Sequence record: PV261924.1
Direction: 5' to 3' (one strand)
Length of the DNA: 64,000 nucleotides
A program made the translations under genes and the position numbers. The first letter of the stretch is position 1, and each line of letters begins with the position of its first letter. Of the stretch, positions 26,319 to 36,388 are shown piece after piece. The notes below the pieces were generated by a model. That model had not been told where the DNA came from and searched no databases. It was given only the letters and a program-made list of their open reading frames with translations.

Positions 26319-26513
26319 CTATGTGTCAGATCCATAACTGACACAGACCTTTGGATTTTTCTTACACCACTGTTTGACATAAGAATCAACATCATTTTCC
26401 ATGGTGTAATGGGCATGAGTATGAAGGAATTGAATTACAAATAGACACCCTATTACTAATACATTGAATTGAGTAACAGGACTGTAAATGATTTTGAGTA
26501 GTTTTTCTTTCAT
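26319..26513 (-). CDS. Hypothetical protein
   Basis: ORF track; hydrophobic N-terminal half. Confidence 0.55.
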   Translation of the reverse strand: MKEKLLKIIYSPVTQFNVLVIGCLFVIQFLHTHAHYTMENDVDSYVKQWCKKNPKVCVSYGSDT

Positions 26514-26540
26514 AAAAAAAGAGGGTCACTAGGACCCTCT
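26514..26540 (-). terminator. Rho-independent terminator
   Basis: AGAGGGTC-CTAGT-GACCCTCT followed by T7. Confidence 0.8.
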
Positions 26541-26566
26541 AATTATATCAGTTTCTGATTAGATTA

Positions 26567-26941
26567 TCAGAAGCTGTACTTCAGACCCAGCTTACCACCA
26601 GCGTTCAGTGCGTCAAAGTCGCCACCATCGGTAGTGGTTGCAGACAGTTCACCGTATGCACCCAACTTCGAAGACAGTGCAACAGAAGCACCAACCTTAC
26701 CAGAGAACTCAGTCTCGGCTTCTTCACCGTCAAGGGAAACGATGGAAGGACCGCCTTGGACATACCAAGCAGCATCTTCGCCCAGAGCACCTTCGTAGCC
26801 GACGTGCAGATCAGTTACTGCACCAGTGTAGTCATCACCGACCCAACCAGCGTTGGTCTCGACATTAACATAAGGACCTGCAACAGCAGCGCCAGCGGAC
26901 ATAGACAGAGCAGCAGCAGCTGCGAATACAGATTTGAACAT
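26567..26941 (-). CDS. Small outer-membrane beta-barrel-like protein
   Basis: Signal peptide MFKSVFAAAAALSMSAGAAVA; alternating beta strands; C-terminal KYSF (terminal Phe). Confidence 0.7.
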   Translation of the reverse strand: MFKSVFAAAAALSMSAGAAVAGPYVNVETNAGWVGDDYTGAVTDLHVGYEGALGEDAAWYVQGGPSIVSLDGEEAETEFSGKVGASVALSSKLGAYGELSATTTDGGDFDALNAGGKLGLKYSF

Positions 26942-27054
26942 TAGTTTTACCTCGTTTTTACTTGTGGAATGGTTACCCACAGATGGAAAGGGAATCGACA
27001 CTCCCTGTTTTATTACCAATTGTAACTTTAATTACTGAAAGACAAAAGGTGAAG

Positions 27055-27087
27055 TATTTATAGTAACAGATAACTGTAACTTTGTCA
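27055..27087 (-). promoter_or_regulatory. Dual sigma70/late promoter
   Basis: TTGACA-N17-TACTAT overlapping TATAAATA. Confidence 0.7.
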
Positions 27088-27900
27088 ACCCTCTTGTGGG
27101 GGTTGTACATTAGATGGATCGGATACCCGACCCAGATATGGATTGAAGTCCATTAACTCAGAGATTTCCATCTGAGCTCCAGATTGCGACCAGAAATTAA
27201 ACTGAGCTTGATAGTTGCTCTTGTGGAATACCTCCACATGGTCCTGGTGAATACTGGAACCTAGATCGGTCTTGTATAACAAAAGGGGAATGGCGTAAGT
27301 GTTACCAGAATTGTAGATGAGATCATCTGCAACAGGTCTTGGTCTTACATCATTGTCAAGTTTGTACTTGTCACCACGACAGTGAAGACGAATTAGTTTC
27401 TCTGCGTGATGACGAGTGATAATATAACATGCTGTAGAGAATTCATTCACGAAACGTTTATGAATCTTGATGTTGATATCACCAGTACAGATGATTGAGA
27501 TCTGAGTTACATCCCAATCATATGGAATCTTACTAAAGAAATCCCTCCATGTAAAGTTCCAGAACCTGACCAGATCAAGTTCACAATCATCTTCCATCAT
27601 GATTGCGTATGGTTCACCACTATCATAGAACTCTTTGATAGCCTTGAGGTGAGAGGTCACACAACCGATCTCACCTGGTGAACACATGTCAGGGTACCTA
27701 CCCTTCAGAATGTGTCCCAGATCATCTTCTCGACCATCGTAAGCAGACACACGGGTGTAGTTAGTGATCTCCCAGTACTTGAACTGGTCCTCCATGTACT
27801 TCCATCTCTCAGGTTGTCCATCGAGATTGATACAATAGATCTTTGGAAGACCTTGAAGTTTGTATACGGCTTTGTTTCTATCCATTACAGTATTTCCCAA
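27085..27900 (-). CDS. Glycosyltransferase family 25-like
   Basis: YCINLD...R, GEIGCVTSHLKAI, MEDD. Confidence 0.85.
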   Translation of the reverse strand: MGNTVMDRNKAVYKLQGLPKIYCINLDGQPERWKYMEDQFKYWEITNYTRVSAYDGREDDLGHILKGRYPDMCSPGEIGCVTSHLKAIKEFYDSGEPYAIMMEDDCELDLVRFWNFTWRDFFSKIPYDWDVTQISIICTGDINIKIHKRFVNEFSTACYIITRHHAEKLIRLHCRGDKYKLDNDVRPRPVADDLIYNSGNTYAIPLLLYKTDLGSSIHQDHVEVFHKSNYQAQFNFWSQSGAQMEISELMDFNPYLGRVSDPSNVQPPQEG

Positions 27901-28679
27901 TGGTCAGGGTACAAATCTTTAGTATCTAAGTGAGCATTGTTTGGTCCAAACCATTTGGAAGGAGCAATGACTCTACCACAGTTTGCCAACCATGCACCCC
28001 ACCATGAGAATGTAGAGTTGGCAATGATAAAGTCACTACACTGTGTCATCAGGTACAGATCATGATAGGAACTGTTACCCTCAGACAGAAGGAATCTATC
28101 TGGTTTGAATAGTTCTTGAGAAGCAGCCCAGAATGGATCGTCAGTGAATAGAATTACTTCCCTGTCTGGGTCAAACTTACTCAAGGCTTTCTCGTACCAT
28201 TCAAGAGAAAGGTTGTGGTGATTACCACTGTTGATCAGAAAGTCTCCCCTACGAATATGTAAAGCAATGGGACTTTGATCGAACACCTCATCAACGATAG
28301 GTTCAGACTCTCCTTGAATCGTAGAGTTGAACTTAAAATCCTGACGGATAGTATCTTCAATATGTTTGAAGTATTTCTCCGTCTGAAAGAAACCGAACAG
28401 ACTTACATTGTCTGGACAGGTTTCAAATAGATCTTCGTTGAAATGGAACCCGTTCTCCTGAACGACCGACCCACCTATCATACCACGTTGACAGTGGATC
28501 GTAAAGGGGTTGTCCAGTTCGATCTTGAGGAAGTTACCAATTCCATCATGAAAGACTTCATCATGGTCAGGGATACACATATCGTATCCACGATTTGCGG
28601 CGATACCTTTTGTCGCAGCATACTGGAACATCTGGTTTCCTAGTTGTCCAGCCTTACCAAGATAATCAAATCCAATCAT
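27885..28679 (-). CDS. Alpha-1,2-fucosyltransferase-like (GT11)
   Basis: GQLGNQMFQYA, GFFQTEKYF, HIRRGD, ANSTFSWWGA. Confidence 0.9.
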   Translation of the reverse strand: MIGFDYLGKAGQLGNQMFQYAATKGIAANRGYDMCIPDHDEVFHDGIGNFLKIELDNPFTIHCQRGMIGGSVVQENGFHFNEDLFETCPDNVSLFGFFQTEKYFKHIEDTIRQDFKFNSTIQGESEPIVDEVFDQSPIALHIRRGDFLINSGNHHNLSLEWYEKALSKFDPDREVILFTDDPFWAASQELFKPDRFLLSEGNSSYHDLYLMTQCSDFIIANSTFSWWGAWLANCGRVIAPSKWFGPNNAHLDTKDLYPDHWEIL

Positions 28680-29514
28680 TTTTCATATCGTTGAACACTT
28701 TTGCAATACCATCTTGAAGGTTGGTCTTTGGCAACCACCAACCCATAATATAATTATTGGCTTCGTTTCTCTTGTCAAGTTGAACACTATCCTTGGCAAG
28801 ACCAGGATGAATCTTGATGGGTCTACCAATCAGATTAAATTGACCCATGATGATCTGTGCAACTTCCTTAATACTGGAAGAGTTGAATGATGTGATGTGA
28901 AGAGGATCTTCTGGTTTGAAGTCAGTGTAGTTATCCATCACCGTTTCAAGTGCTTCACAACAGTCTTCAGCATACAGGAACTGACGCTCTTCTGTGCCAT
29001 CAGTCATCATATCAAAGTCACCATATTCAAATCCCTTACGGATAAAGTCTGTAATGACGTGTGACTTGTCATGGTCTTTCTCGATACCATAGACATTCCA
29101 GAACTTCACAATCAGACCATTGAGTGACTTGGTATACAACTCACCAAGTTTCTTTGCTGCACCGTAAGGTGAGTAAGACATGTTACTCATCTGTGACGAA
29201 GCGAACACGAATCTCTTATTATACTTCTCAAGAAGACCAAATACATTGACCATCATCCTTGCATTATTGTCAAGGAATTTGAATGTATGTTGATACTTCT
29301 TCAGGTATCTTGACCCACCAACATCAAACGCGAGAAAGAAAACAAAGTCTGCTTTCTGAACCTCACGTTCGAGATTATGATTTGGAATTTGTGTCAGGTC
29401 ATGGCCATGATGTTTGGCAATATCAAACTCAATAACTTCATGACCCTTACGTGTCAAGTAGTCAGTCAGGTATGCACCGATCTGACCACTCGAACCAAGG
29501 TTTAATACTCTCAT
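28666..29514 (-). CDS. NAD-dependent epimerase/dehydratase
   Basis: GSSGQIG, YGAAK motif. Confidence 0.85.
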   Translation of the reverse strand: MRVLNLGSSGQIGAYLTDYLTRKGHEVIEFDIAKHHGHDLTQIPNHNLEREVQKADFVFFLAFDVGGSRYLKKYQHTFKFLDNNARMMVNVFGLLEKYNKRFVFASSQMSNMSYSPYGAAKKLGELYTKSLNGLIVKFWNVYGIEKDHDKSHVITDFIRKGFEYGDFDMMTDGTEERQFLYAEDCCEALETVMDNYTDFKPEDPLHITSFNSSSIKEVAQIIMGQFNLIGRPIKIHPGLAKDSVQLDKRNEANNYIMGWWLPKTNLQDGIAKVFNDMKNDWI

Positions 29515-30161
29515 ACACCCTCTTTAAATTTCTTCCAATCGTTATCAAATATCTCCAGTCCCTTATCAGTCAGTACATGATCGTACATCTGGTCGAAGAC
29601 CTTAGGTGGCATCGTTACCACTTCAGCACCATTATACCATGAACGGATAGCACGTTGTACACTACGAATAGAAGCAGACAACACCTGTGTACGAATACCA
29701 TGGATACGATACAGTTCACTGATTGATCTGACGACTTCCAGACCTGCTACTGATTGATCATCCAATCGACCAACGAAAGGTGAAACATATGCAGCACCAG
29801 CCTTGGCAGCAAGAACAGCCTGAGACGCACAGAAGATCAATGTGACATTGACACGAATACCATTCTTAGATAGTTCCTTACAAGCAAGAAGACCATCACG
29901 GGTACAAGGTACTTTGATTGTTGCCACTGACCCAAACTTCTCAGACAGTCTTTCACCCTCTCTGAGCATCTCCTGTGCGTCTCCCATGACCTCCATACTG
30001 ATGTCTTTGACACCAAGATCTTTCAGTTTCTGGTAAACCTCATCAGGATCCTGACCATTCTTCATGATCAGTGTGGGGTTAGTTGTGACTCCATCAATCA
30101 ATCCAGTCTCGAAATACTTCTCAATTGTGTCTGTATCAGCAGTGTCAAGAAAAATTCTCAT
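29511..30161 (-). CDS. talC: Transaldolase
   Basis: IFLDTAD, GVTTNPTL, YVSPFVGRLDD. Confidence 0.96.
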   Translation of the reverse strand: MRIFLDTADTDTIEKYFETGLIDGVTTNPTLIMKNGQDPDEVYQKLKDLGVKDISMEVMGDAQEMLREGERLSEKFGSVATIKVPCTRDGLLACKELSKNGIRVNVTLIFCASQAVLAAKAGAAYVSPFVGRLDDQSVAGLEVVRSISELYRIHGIRTQVLSASIRSVQRAIRSWYNGAEVVTMPPKVFDQMYDHVLTDKGLEIFDNDWKKFKEGV

Positions 30162-30963
30162 AGTATTTTTTTAGATATGTTTGTGTTGAATAGTACTCCA
30201 TTAATTGTTCTTTGTTCATCCTTTGAATCTTCTCCCACTCTGACATGTTAGATGCCATGTGAGGATTGGTGAACCAAGAGTTTGCACCACGTGCATGTTC
30301 AAGGTGATAAATGTAATCAGGTATCCTTCCTACTTTATAACCAAGTGTAGTGTATCTATAATACCTTTCTTTGTCCTCTGGAGCATAGGCCTTGAAGTTC
30401 TCATTCTCCATACCACCTTTGATGTAATCGGACCTTCTAAAGAACTGAACCCAACCAAAGTCAGAGTCATGAATCTTAGAGTTCGATTTCAAGATAGCAT
30501 AGTCACATGATTCTAGGAAGTCTGAGACAACATTATCACTTGCCTTCACTTGATACTGGAACATTCCCTGTCCATATGGATAAACCACATCGTAAATACC
30601 ATCCATGATACCTCGATATGCCATCACATATGAATTGATAGGAAGGATTGCATCACAGTCATAGTTGACCACAATCTCAGTATCAGCTTCCATAATCATT
30701 TCATTCAGAACCTTCTGTCTATGAAACAGTGGTTCATCACTCTGCTCAAAGATGTGTTTGACTTTTACATCAACATCTAGAATCTCTTTTAAAATAGGAA
30801 GGGCATCCCTTTCAAAGACAGACTCTGAATCAACTTCCTTAATGATGATGTTGGTATCAAAGTTCTCTAAAAGAAATGCCGTAGTTGTAATTACATTCCT
30901 CAACCTATCAGGTGATTCGATTCTGATAGGAATAATAAATGTCGCTTGACTGAGGTCTATCAT
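30145..30963 (-). CDS. Glycosyltransferase (GT2/GT7-like)
   Basis: TFIIPIRIES.DR, YDCD, ENFKAYAPEDKE, HLEH. Confidence 0.75.
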   Translation of the reverse strand: MIDLSQATFIIPIRIESPDRLRNVITTTAFLLENFDTNIIIKEVDSESVFERDALPILKEILDVDVKVKHIFEQSDEPLFHRQKVLNEMIMEADTEIVVNYDCDAILPINSYVMAYRGIMDGIYDVVYPYGQGMFQYQVKASDNVVSDFLESCDYAILKSNSKIHDSDFGWVQFFRRSDYIKGGMENENFKAYAPEDKERYYRYTTLGYKVGRIPDYIYHLEHARGANSWFTNPHMASNMSEWEKIQRMNKEQLMEYYSTQTYLKKYYENFS

Positions 30964-31856
30964 AGTTGGGTTTTAATCCAGTCCAGAATATTTACTTTGG
31001 GTTTCCATGTGAGTTCTGTTTTTGCTTTACGAATGTCTGCAAGTGTTTCTCTCATCTCACCAGGTCTACCAGATAGGAAGACTTGGTTATCATCAATGGC
31101 ATTTGCAATCTCTTTGATACTCCAGTTCTCACCGTATCCAATATTATACACCTCACCCCAGTTGTCAAGTTCCTGGAAACTAATCAATGCATTAGCATCC
31201 ACTACATCAGACACATGAATGAAGTCACGACGTTGTAGACCATCACCATAGATTGTCAGAGGAAATCCTTCTTTCTTCATCTTCAAAAATTTACTGACTG
31301 CTGGTGCATATGTTCCAACGTGACGTGCTCTTTCACCATACACATTAGTATAACGGAATGCAACAGTCTTCATACCATACAGACCATAGTAAGCCTTGAC
31401 CATCTGTTCACCAGATAGTTTACCAATAGCATATGCATTAAGAGGGTCTTCTCTCATTACCTCACTATTTGGAAGGGGATTTTTATTACCATATGCAGCA
31501 GACGTTGAAGAGTAGATAAACTTCTCAACACCATGTTTACGTGCGGCTTCAAGAACATTGATTGTTCCCATGACCTGTGTCTCGATCGTAGGGATAGGAT
31601 TATCTACAGATGCTTGTACACTAGCCTTTGCTGCAAGGTGGTACACATAATCTACATTCTTAAATACCTTTTCAATTGTTGAATAGTGTCTGATATCTTG
31701 ATGATAGTTTCTTGCATCTTTATTCCAATAGTAATCATCATGACCATCAGATGATTCATTATCAATCACGATAACTTCGTGACCCATCTCAAGAAGTTTG
31801 TTGACAAGATGGCTTCCAATAAAACCAGCTCCACCAGTAACAAGTGACGTTCTCAT
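30960..31856 (-). CDS. NAD-dependent epimerase (UDP-glucose 4-epimerase-like)
   Basis: TGGAGFIG, YAIGK, RYTNVYG, RDFIHV. Confidence 0.9.
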   Translation of the reverse strand: MRTSLVTGGAGFIGSHLVNKLLEMGHEVIVIDNESSDGHDDYYWNKDARNYHQDIRHYSTIEKVFKNVDYVYHLAAKASVQASVDNPIPTIETQVMGTINVLEAARKHGVEKFIYSSTSAAYGNKNPLPNSEVMREDPLNAYAIGKLSGEQMVKAYYGLYGMKTVAFRYTNVYGERARHVGTYAPAVSKFLKMKKEGFPLTIYGDGLQRRDFIHVSDVVDANALISFQELDNWGEVYNIGYGENWSIKEIANAIDDNQVFLSGRPGEMRETLADIRKAKTELTWKPKVNILDWIKTQL

Positions 31857-32632
31857 AGTTTCTCAAAAATCCTATTCTTAAATGACTCTTCTACGTTCGA
31901 TGGTTCTGGAATAATAACCTTGGGTTTACAGTCACCCAACCACCATGCAACCTCAGCAAATGTTGAAGCATACGTTCCAACAATTGTATCACACCTAGAC
32001 AGTAACATCAAGTCAATGAATGCATCAACACTAGCTTGTGTAGAAGTATTATGTCCTGACTCCGCCTTGTGAGGATGATTATATCTATCTTGTGAGTGAG
32101 TGATGATTCTATCACCATACTTGGTCTCAAAGTGTTTCAAGACATCATCGTTATCACCACACAAAAAGATTTTCTTATCTTTATCTAAACTATCAATAAC
32201 ATTCTCAAATAGTTCATTACTATGATACTTGCGGCGATCACAATACCAGGACCTGATGTGAAGACCAATGACTCCATCCCAGTCTTTTGTGAAGTCATCA
32301 ACGTATTCTAGAATATCTTTATTAATTTTAAGATACTTGAATGCCTTCTTGTATTCCTCAACAAAATGTTCTGGAGTCTTGTCATACAGAAGGTCAATGT
32401 GTTTGTATTCAGTTTTATATTTGTCTTCACCTGGAACAGTTGCAAGTCTCCAGTTGTCATAACATGGAAACGTATTTAATTCCTCATCAGTTGCGACTCT
32501 GATGTCATCAAAGATATACGCATCTGCATCTTTAGTGGTCAATGCTTGTTTGAAAGTCCTTAGAATAGACACATAGTTCTTAATTCTATTTGCAAGACCA
32601 GGTGAACCATTATGAATTGCAACTTCAATCAT
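31853..32632 (-). CDS. O-fucosyltransferase/NodZ-like glycosyltransferase
   Basis: GLANR, IGLHIR, FIDLMLLSRCD.IVGT..STF. Confidence 0.65.
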   Translation of the reverse strand: MIEVAIHNGSPGLANRIKNYVSILRTFKQALTTKDADAYIFDDIRVATDEELNTFPCYDNWRLATVPGEDKYKTEYKHIDLLYDKTPEHFVEEYKKAFKYLKINKDILEYVDDFTKDWDGVIGLHIRSWYCDRRKYHSNELFENVIDSLDKDKKIFLCGDNDDVLKHFETKYGDRIITHSQDRYNHPHKAESGHNTSTQASVDAFIDLMLLSRCDTIVGTYASTFAEVAWWLGDCKPKVIIPEPSNVEESFKNRIFEKL

Positions 32633-33435
32633 GACTTAATAACCTCCCAGGACTCGGGTAACAGATCCTGTGTACTGATATGCTGTAAACCACTACCATA
32701 CCATACATCAGGACAAATGACACGTTTGTCTGGGTTCTGAGATAGGTATGCTCCCCACCAGGAGAATGTAGAGTTGGAGATGATGTGATCACTACACTTA
32801 GACAACAGACACATATCAAAGTGTGATTTATCTACACTGACTGTGATGTCATTGAAGTAGAAGTTATCACCCTTGAATACTTCTTGTTCCTCACACAACT
32901 TCAGATTGTTTGAACAGATAATATATGGTCTGTCTTTACCTAGGATATCAATTGCTCTCTCCCAATATTCCCATGGAAGATTACGATGATTGTTTGATGC
33001 ACCAGGATAATCAAAGTGATTGTTGTATTCTCTCACACAAATAGATACAGGACTCTCACTCAAGATGTCTCCCCAGTTGTAGTCAACGGCTGAGATTACT
33101 TCTTCCTTGAATCTAAAGTCCCACTTCAGTTGTCTCCATGCATCCTTGAAATATTTGTCACTCTGAAAGTAACCATTCAGGTGAGTGTGATTAGGACAAT
33201 GATCGTACAGTTCTTGACAGAATTCATGAGAGTCATGGAGTTCTACTTCATCACCATCGATAAGTCCAAACCTACCACCACAGTGGAGCATCTCAAAACA
33301 ATTAATTAGTTCAGTCCCTTCAGGAATGACAAAATCATATCCACGATTCTTTGCAATACCAACCAGTGCAGCATACTGGAACATCTGATTACCAATCCTT
33401 CCGTTCCGTCCCAGGTTGTTCATACCGATGGTCAT
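32629..33435 (-). CDS. GT11 fucosyltransferase-like (paralogue 2)
   Basis: GRIGNQMFQYA, GYFQSDKYF, SNSTFSWWGA. Confidence 0.88.
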   Translation of the reverse strand: MTIGMNNLGRNGRIGNQMFQYAALVGIAKNRGYDFVIPEGTELINCFEMLHCGGRFGLIDGDEVELHDSHEFCQELYDHCPNHTHLNGYFQSDKYFKDAWRQLKWDFRFKEEVISAVDYNWGDILSESPVSICVREYNNHFDYPGASNNHRNLPWEYWERAIDILGKDRPYIICSNNLKLCEEQEVFKGDNFYFNDITVSVDKSHFDMCLLSKCSDHIISNSTFSWWGAYLSQNPDKRVICPDVWYGSGLQHISTQDLLPESWEVIKS

Positions 33436-34259
33436 AATTTGATCTCCTTATTTTGTTCTGCCAGTGTTGTATCAGTTATATCACCTACGTCAAGTGAATA
33501 GAATGTGTGCCAACCTCTCGCGTTAGCTGCGTACCAGTTATTTAAAGCACCCCTAGTCATCTTGATCTTCTCCCAGAACTCACGAGATTGGATCTGATAG
33601 TGGTTGTTTAGGATCTCGGGATCATCTGGTCTCCCTACAAATGACAGATTGATTGTAGGACCAGCTGTAAATATCTTATGAATGTTGAAGTTGGTAACAC
33701 CAAACTTTGTATTTGCAATCTGTTTTGGTGCCCAGAGGTTGAACCACTCGGGTTCCTCTTGACCAGATCCCGCACATCGTGATCGGTGAGTCATCCATAC
33801 CCTATCCCCGAACTCCGCACGAGATGTAAAATTCTGAACGAGACCACCAGTAGGATGGTAAAGATGATCGTTACTATTAAACCATACCCAGTTGGTTTCG
33901 ACGGTTCCATAGTCCTCGTACTTTCGTAAGATTTCCTTAAGATTTATTGTCTTTGGACTATATAGAAATTCATCTAGATCAATTTGTGCAATCCATTGAG
34001 TTTCGTTACAAACAGGTAGAAAGAATTTATTGTTTACATCAGTCTGCCTACCAGTGTATCTCTCTGTGATGTCATTTTGGAAGAGAGTAACAAAGCCTTC
34101 ACGAATGAAAGGTTCAAGAATAGGCATGTACTCGTCATCACTGAAGTCGTTGACCAGATAGATGTGATCAACACCATGATGCTTATAATGTAGAATCCAC
34201 TCTTTAAGATTCCAGCTTTCATTTTTGAATACTGATGCGACTGATAGGTAGTGTTTCAT
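33432..34259 (-). CDS. Glycosyltransferase family 92/GT2_4-like
   Basis: KEWILHYKHHGVDHIYL..D.SDD, WIAQIDLDEFL. Confidence 0.8.
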   Translation of the reverse strand: MKHYLSVASVFKNESWNLKEWILHYKHHGVDHIYLVNDFSDDEYMPILEPFIREGFVTLFQNDITERYTGRQTDVNNKFFLPVCNETQWIAQIDLDEFLYSPKTINLKEILRKYEDYGTVETNWVWFNSNDHLYHPTGGLVQNFTSRAEFGDRVWMTHRSRCAGSGQEEPEWFNLWAPKQIANTKFGVTNFNIHKIFTAGPTINLSFVGRPDDPEILNNHYQIQSREFWEKIKMTRGALNNWYAANARGWHTFYSLDVGDITDTTLAEQNKEIKL

Positions 34260-34969
34260 AATGTGATACCGTGTTTCTTTCTACAATATTCAAATTCTTT
34301 CTGTACTACTTCGTCACTAATTGTGGAGGATAGTGCATCCTTATTCACTCTTTGAGTCATCAGACAGTCATTGAGATAATAACAATCACCGTACTTAGTC
34401 CTCAATGAATAGTAGAAATCAATGTCCAGTAACATACATGTCTTAGGATCCCACCTTACATCCATGTCTTTGTTCTTGTAAGAGATAACAGCAACACCAC
34501 TCATGGTATTGTTACCTCTTGCTCTCAACATATTGTCATTCCATCTTGGCATTAGGAATGTATCAAATGTTCTACCATCATCTCTGGTGTGATTAGTTCC
34601 ACAAACTAACCACATCTTATCAGAGTTCATCAATGCATTGTAAGTTTTCTCCAATGCATCTTTGGTATAGAAGTAGTCATCCATGAACATCATCTTGACA
34701 ACCTCACCCTTGGCAAGATCCATTCCAATGTTCATATTGGTTGCAACATCACCTCTATGTTCTTCATCTCTGAAGTAGATGATATTGAGATCAAAGATAT
34801 TGTCATTACAAAAATCTTCAATCTCTGTATCAACACTCTGGTCAGTAACAATAACTTCTACTTCTTTGAGTGTTTGTTGTGAGATGGTTCGAAACATATC
34901 AGAGAGATATCTGACACCCTTACCACCATACTCATAACAAGGGATGACTACAGATACCTTTATTTCCAT
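34256..34969 (-). CDS. Glycosyltransferase family 2
   Basis: VSVVIPCYE, EVIVTDQS, MDD. Confidence 0.85.
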   Translation of the reverse strand: MEIKVSVVIPCYEYGGKGVRYLSDMFRTISQQTLKEVEVIVTDQSVDTEIEDFCNDNIFDLNIIYFRDEEHRGDVATNMNIGMDLAKGEVVKMMFMDDYFYTKDALEKTYNALMNSDKMWLVCGTNHTRDDGRTFDTFLMPRWNDNMLRARGNNTMSGVAVISYKNKDMDVRWDPKTCMLLDIDFYYSLRTKYGDCYYLNDCLMTQRVNKDALSSTISDEVVQKEFEYCRKKHGITL

Positions 34970-35643
34970 ACCTTCACACCAGCACTGATACCATCCTCAT
35001 AGATTTCAAACTTGTATCCGTGTTTGGTCAACCACTCTCGGAAAGCCTTTCTCTCATGGTGATCATAGTCAGGTTCATGACCATGCCAGTCATCAAATCG
35101 GAAGTACAGTTGATCCCACTCACACTTATCAATGAACTTAAATGCGGAGACGGTTGGTTCGTAGATGTCCAGGTCAATATGAATTGCACCGACCTTACCA
35201 ATACCAAAGTCAGATGGTTCTTTCTCTACCATCTCATGAACATCTTCAACAAAGATCTTGATGTTCGGTGAGACAGAACACTTCCTCTTAACATCTTCTA
35301 CAGTCTTAGGGATCCAGGTATATGAGGGATCACCAATACGGAATGCACCCTCTGCCCATCCAGCATACGATGGTGTGGGTTGTTGTGTGACCTCCAGACC
35401 TTTGAAGTGGTCGAAACCAAAGACCTTACGGGATGGATTCTTCTGTCCGATAGGAAGGATTGTACCACCACTACAGACACCGAACTCTAGAATATCTCCT
35501 TCTCCTCCAAGCTCTTCAATACGTTCTGCAAAGGTAACGTGATTGAGAGTGTAAGATGCTGTGTTGTTATCAGTTCTCTTTGGACCTTCAGGAAACACAT
35601 TATCCTCCTCAACAAAGGAGGGTGCATTATAAACAAATGACAT
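34960..35643 (-). CDS. TylF/MycF-like class I SAM methyltransferase
   Basis: ILEFGV..G, FDHFKGL, HIDLDIYEPT, FDD. Confidence 0.75.
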   Translation of the reverse strand: MSFVYNAPSFVEEDNVFPEGPKRTDNNTASYTLNHVTFAERIEELGGEGDILEFGVCSGGTILPIGQKNPSRKVFGFDHFKGLEVTQQPTPSYAGWAEGAFRIGDPSYTWIPKTVEDVKRKCSVSPNIKIFVEDVHEMVEKEPSDFGIGKVGAIHIDLDIYEPTVSAFKFIDKCEWDQLYFRFDDWHGHEPDYDHHERKAFREWLTKHGYKFEIYEDGISAGVKVWK

Positions 35644-35665
35644 AGTAATAATGAATTTGAAATAT

Positions 35666-36388
35666 TTATCGGGGGTTGTAACCCTCCACCTCAATACCAG
35701 GGGGAAGATTATTATGAAAACCAAATGGAATTATACCACGATTCTCAGGAACAGGGGACTCGTATGAGAAGTGCTTTGCAATCTCAATAGGAGCAATTTT
35801 ACACCCACACTTCTCATATAAGTGTTTGTTATGTACTGTGATGTTACCGTCTTCATTTGTATTGTTACTACCGAACATCTTATAGAAGTCTGGTGCAACC
35901 TCTGCACACTTGAATGGAATCCATGTATGTGTTGGTACCTCTAATAGTTTCTTTGATCTGAAAGAGAACCCACCATTACCTACCCTTTGATGTTCTCCAA
36001 ACGGGGTGACGTACGCTCTTTCTCGTAGGGGCCAGGGAGCACCAATGTAATCATAATCAAAAAACTCATCCATCCAAGCATCAGGATTAAGTATGAACGC
36101 GTGATCTTGGATGGTGAGAACATAATCAGTATCAATATGTTTATGAAGACGATATAGCATATAGTAACTATAATCATCAATGTTGTTGATTGGTTTTGTA
36201 AGCTCCTCTACTAAAATACCATCAGAGGACAGTTCCTCATTGTACTTAGTGACATACTCAGGGGTGGTGACTAACTTGACATCCCCAAAGTTTGCAACAC
36301 TTTTACAAGTGTGAAGTGCCTTGATGGTTTCTTCTATTCGATTTGTGTTATCAATCGCAAAGCATGTAACTCTGGATAGATCAAGCAT
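35666..36388 (-). CDS. DUF5672-like putative glycosyltransferase
   Basis: FFDYDYIGAPW, VGNGGFSFRSKK, FGFH. Confidence 0.75.
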   Translation of the reverse strand: MLDLSRVTCFAIDNTNRIEETIKALHTCKSVANFGDVKLVTTPEYVTKYNEELSSDGILVEELTKPINNIDDYSYYMLYRLHKHIDTDYVLTIQDHAFILNPDAWMDEFFDYDYIGAPWPLRERAYVTPFGEHQRVGNGGFSFRSKKLLEVPTHTWIPFKCAEVAPDFYKMFGSNNTNEDGNITVHNKHLYEKCGCKIAPIEIAKHFSYESPVPENRGIIPFGFHNNLPPGIEVEGYNPR

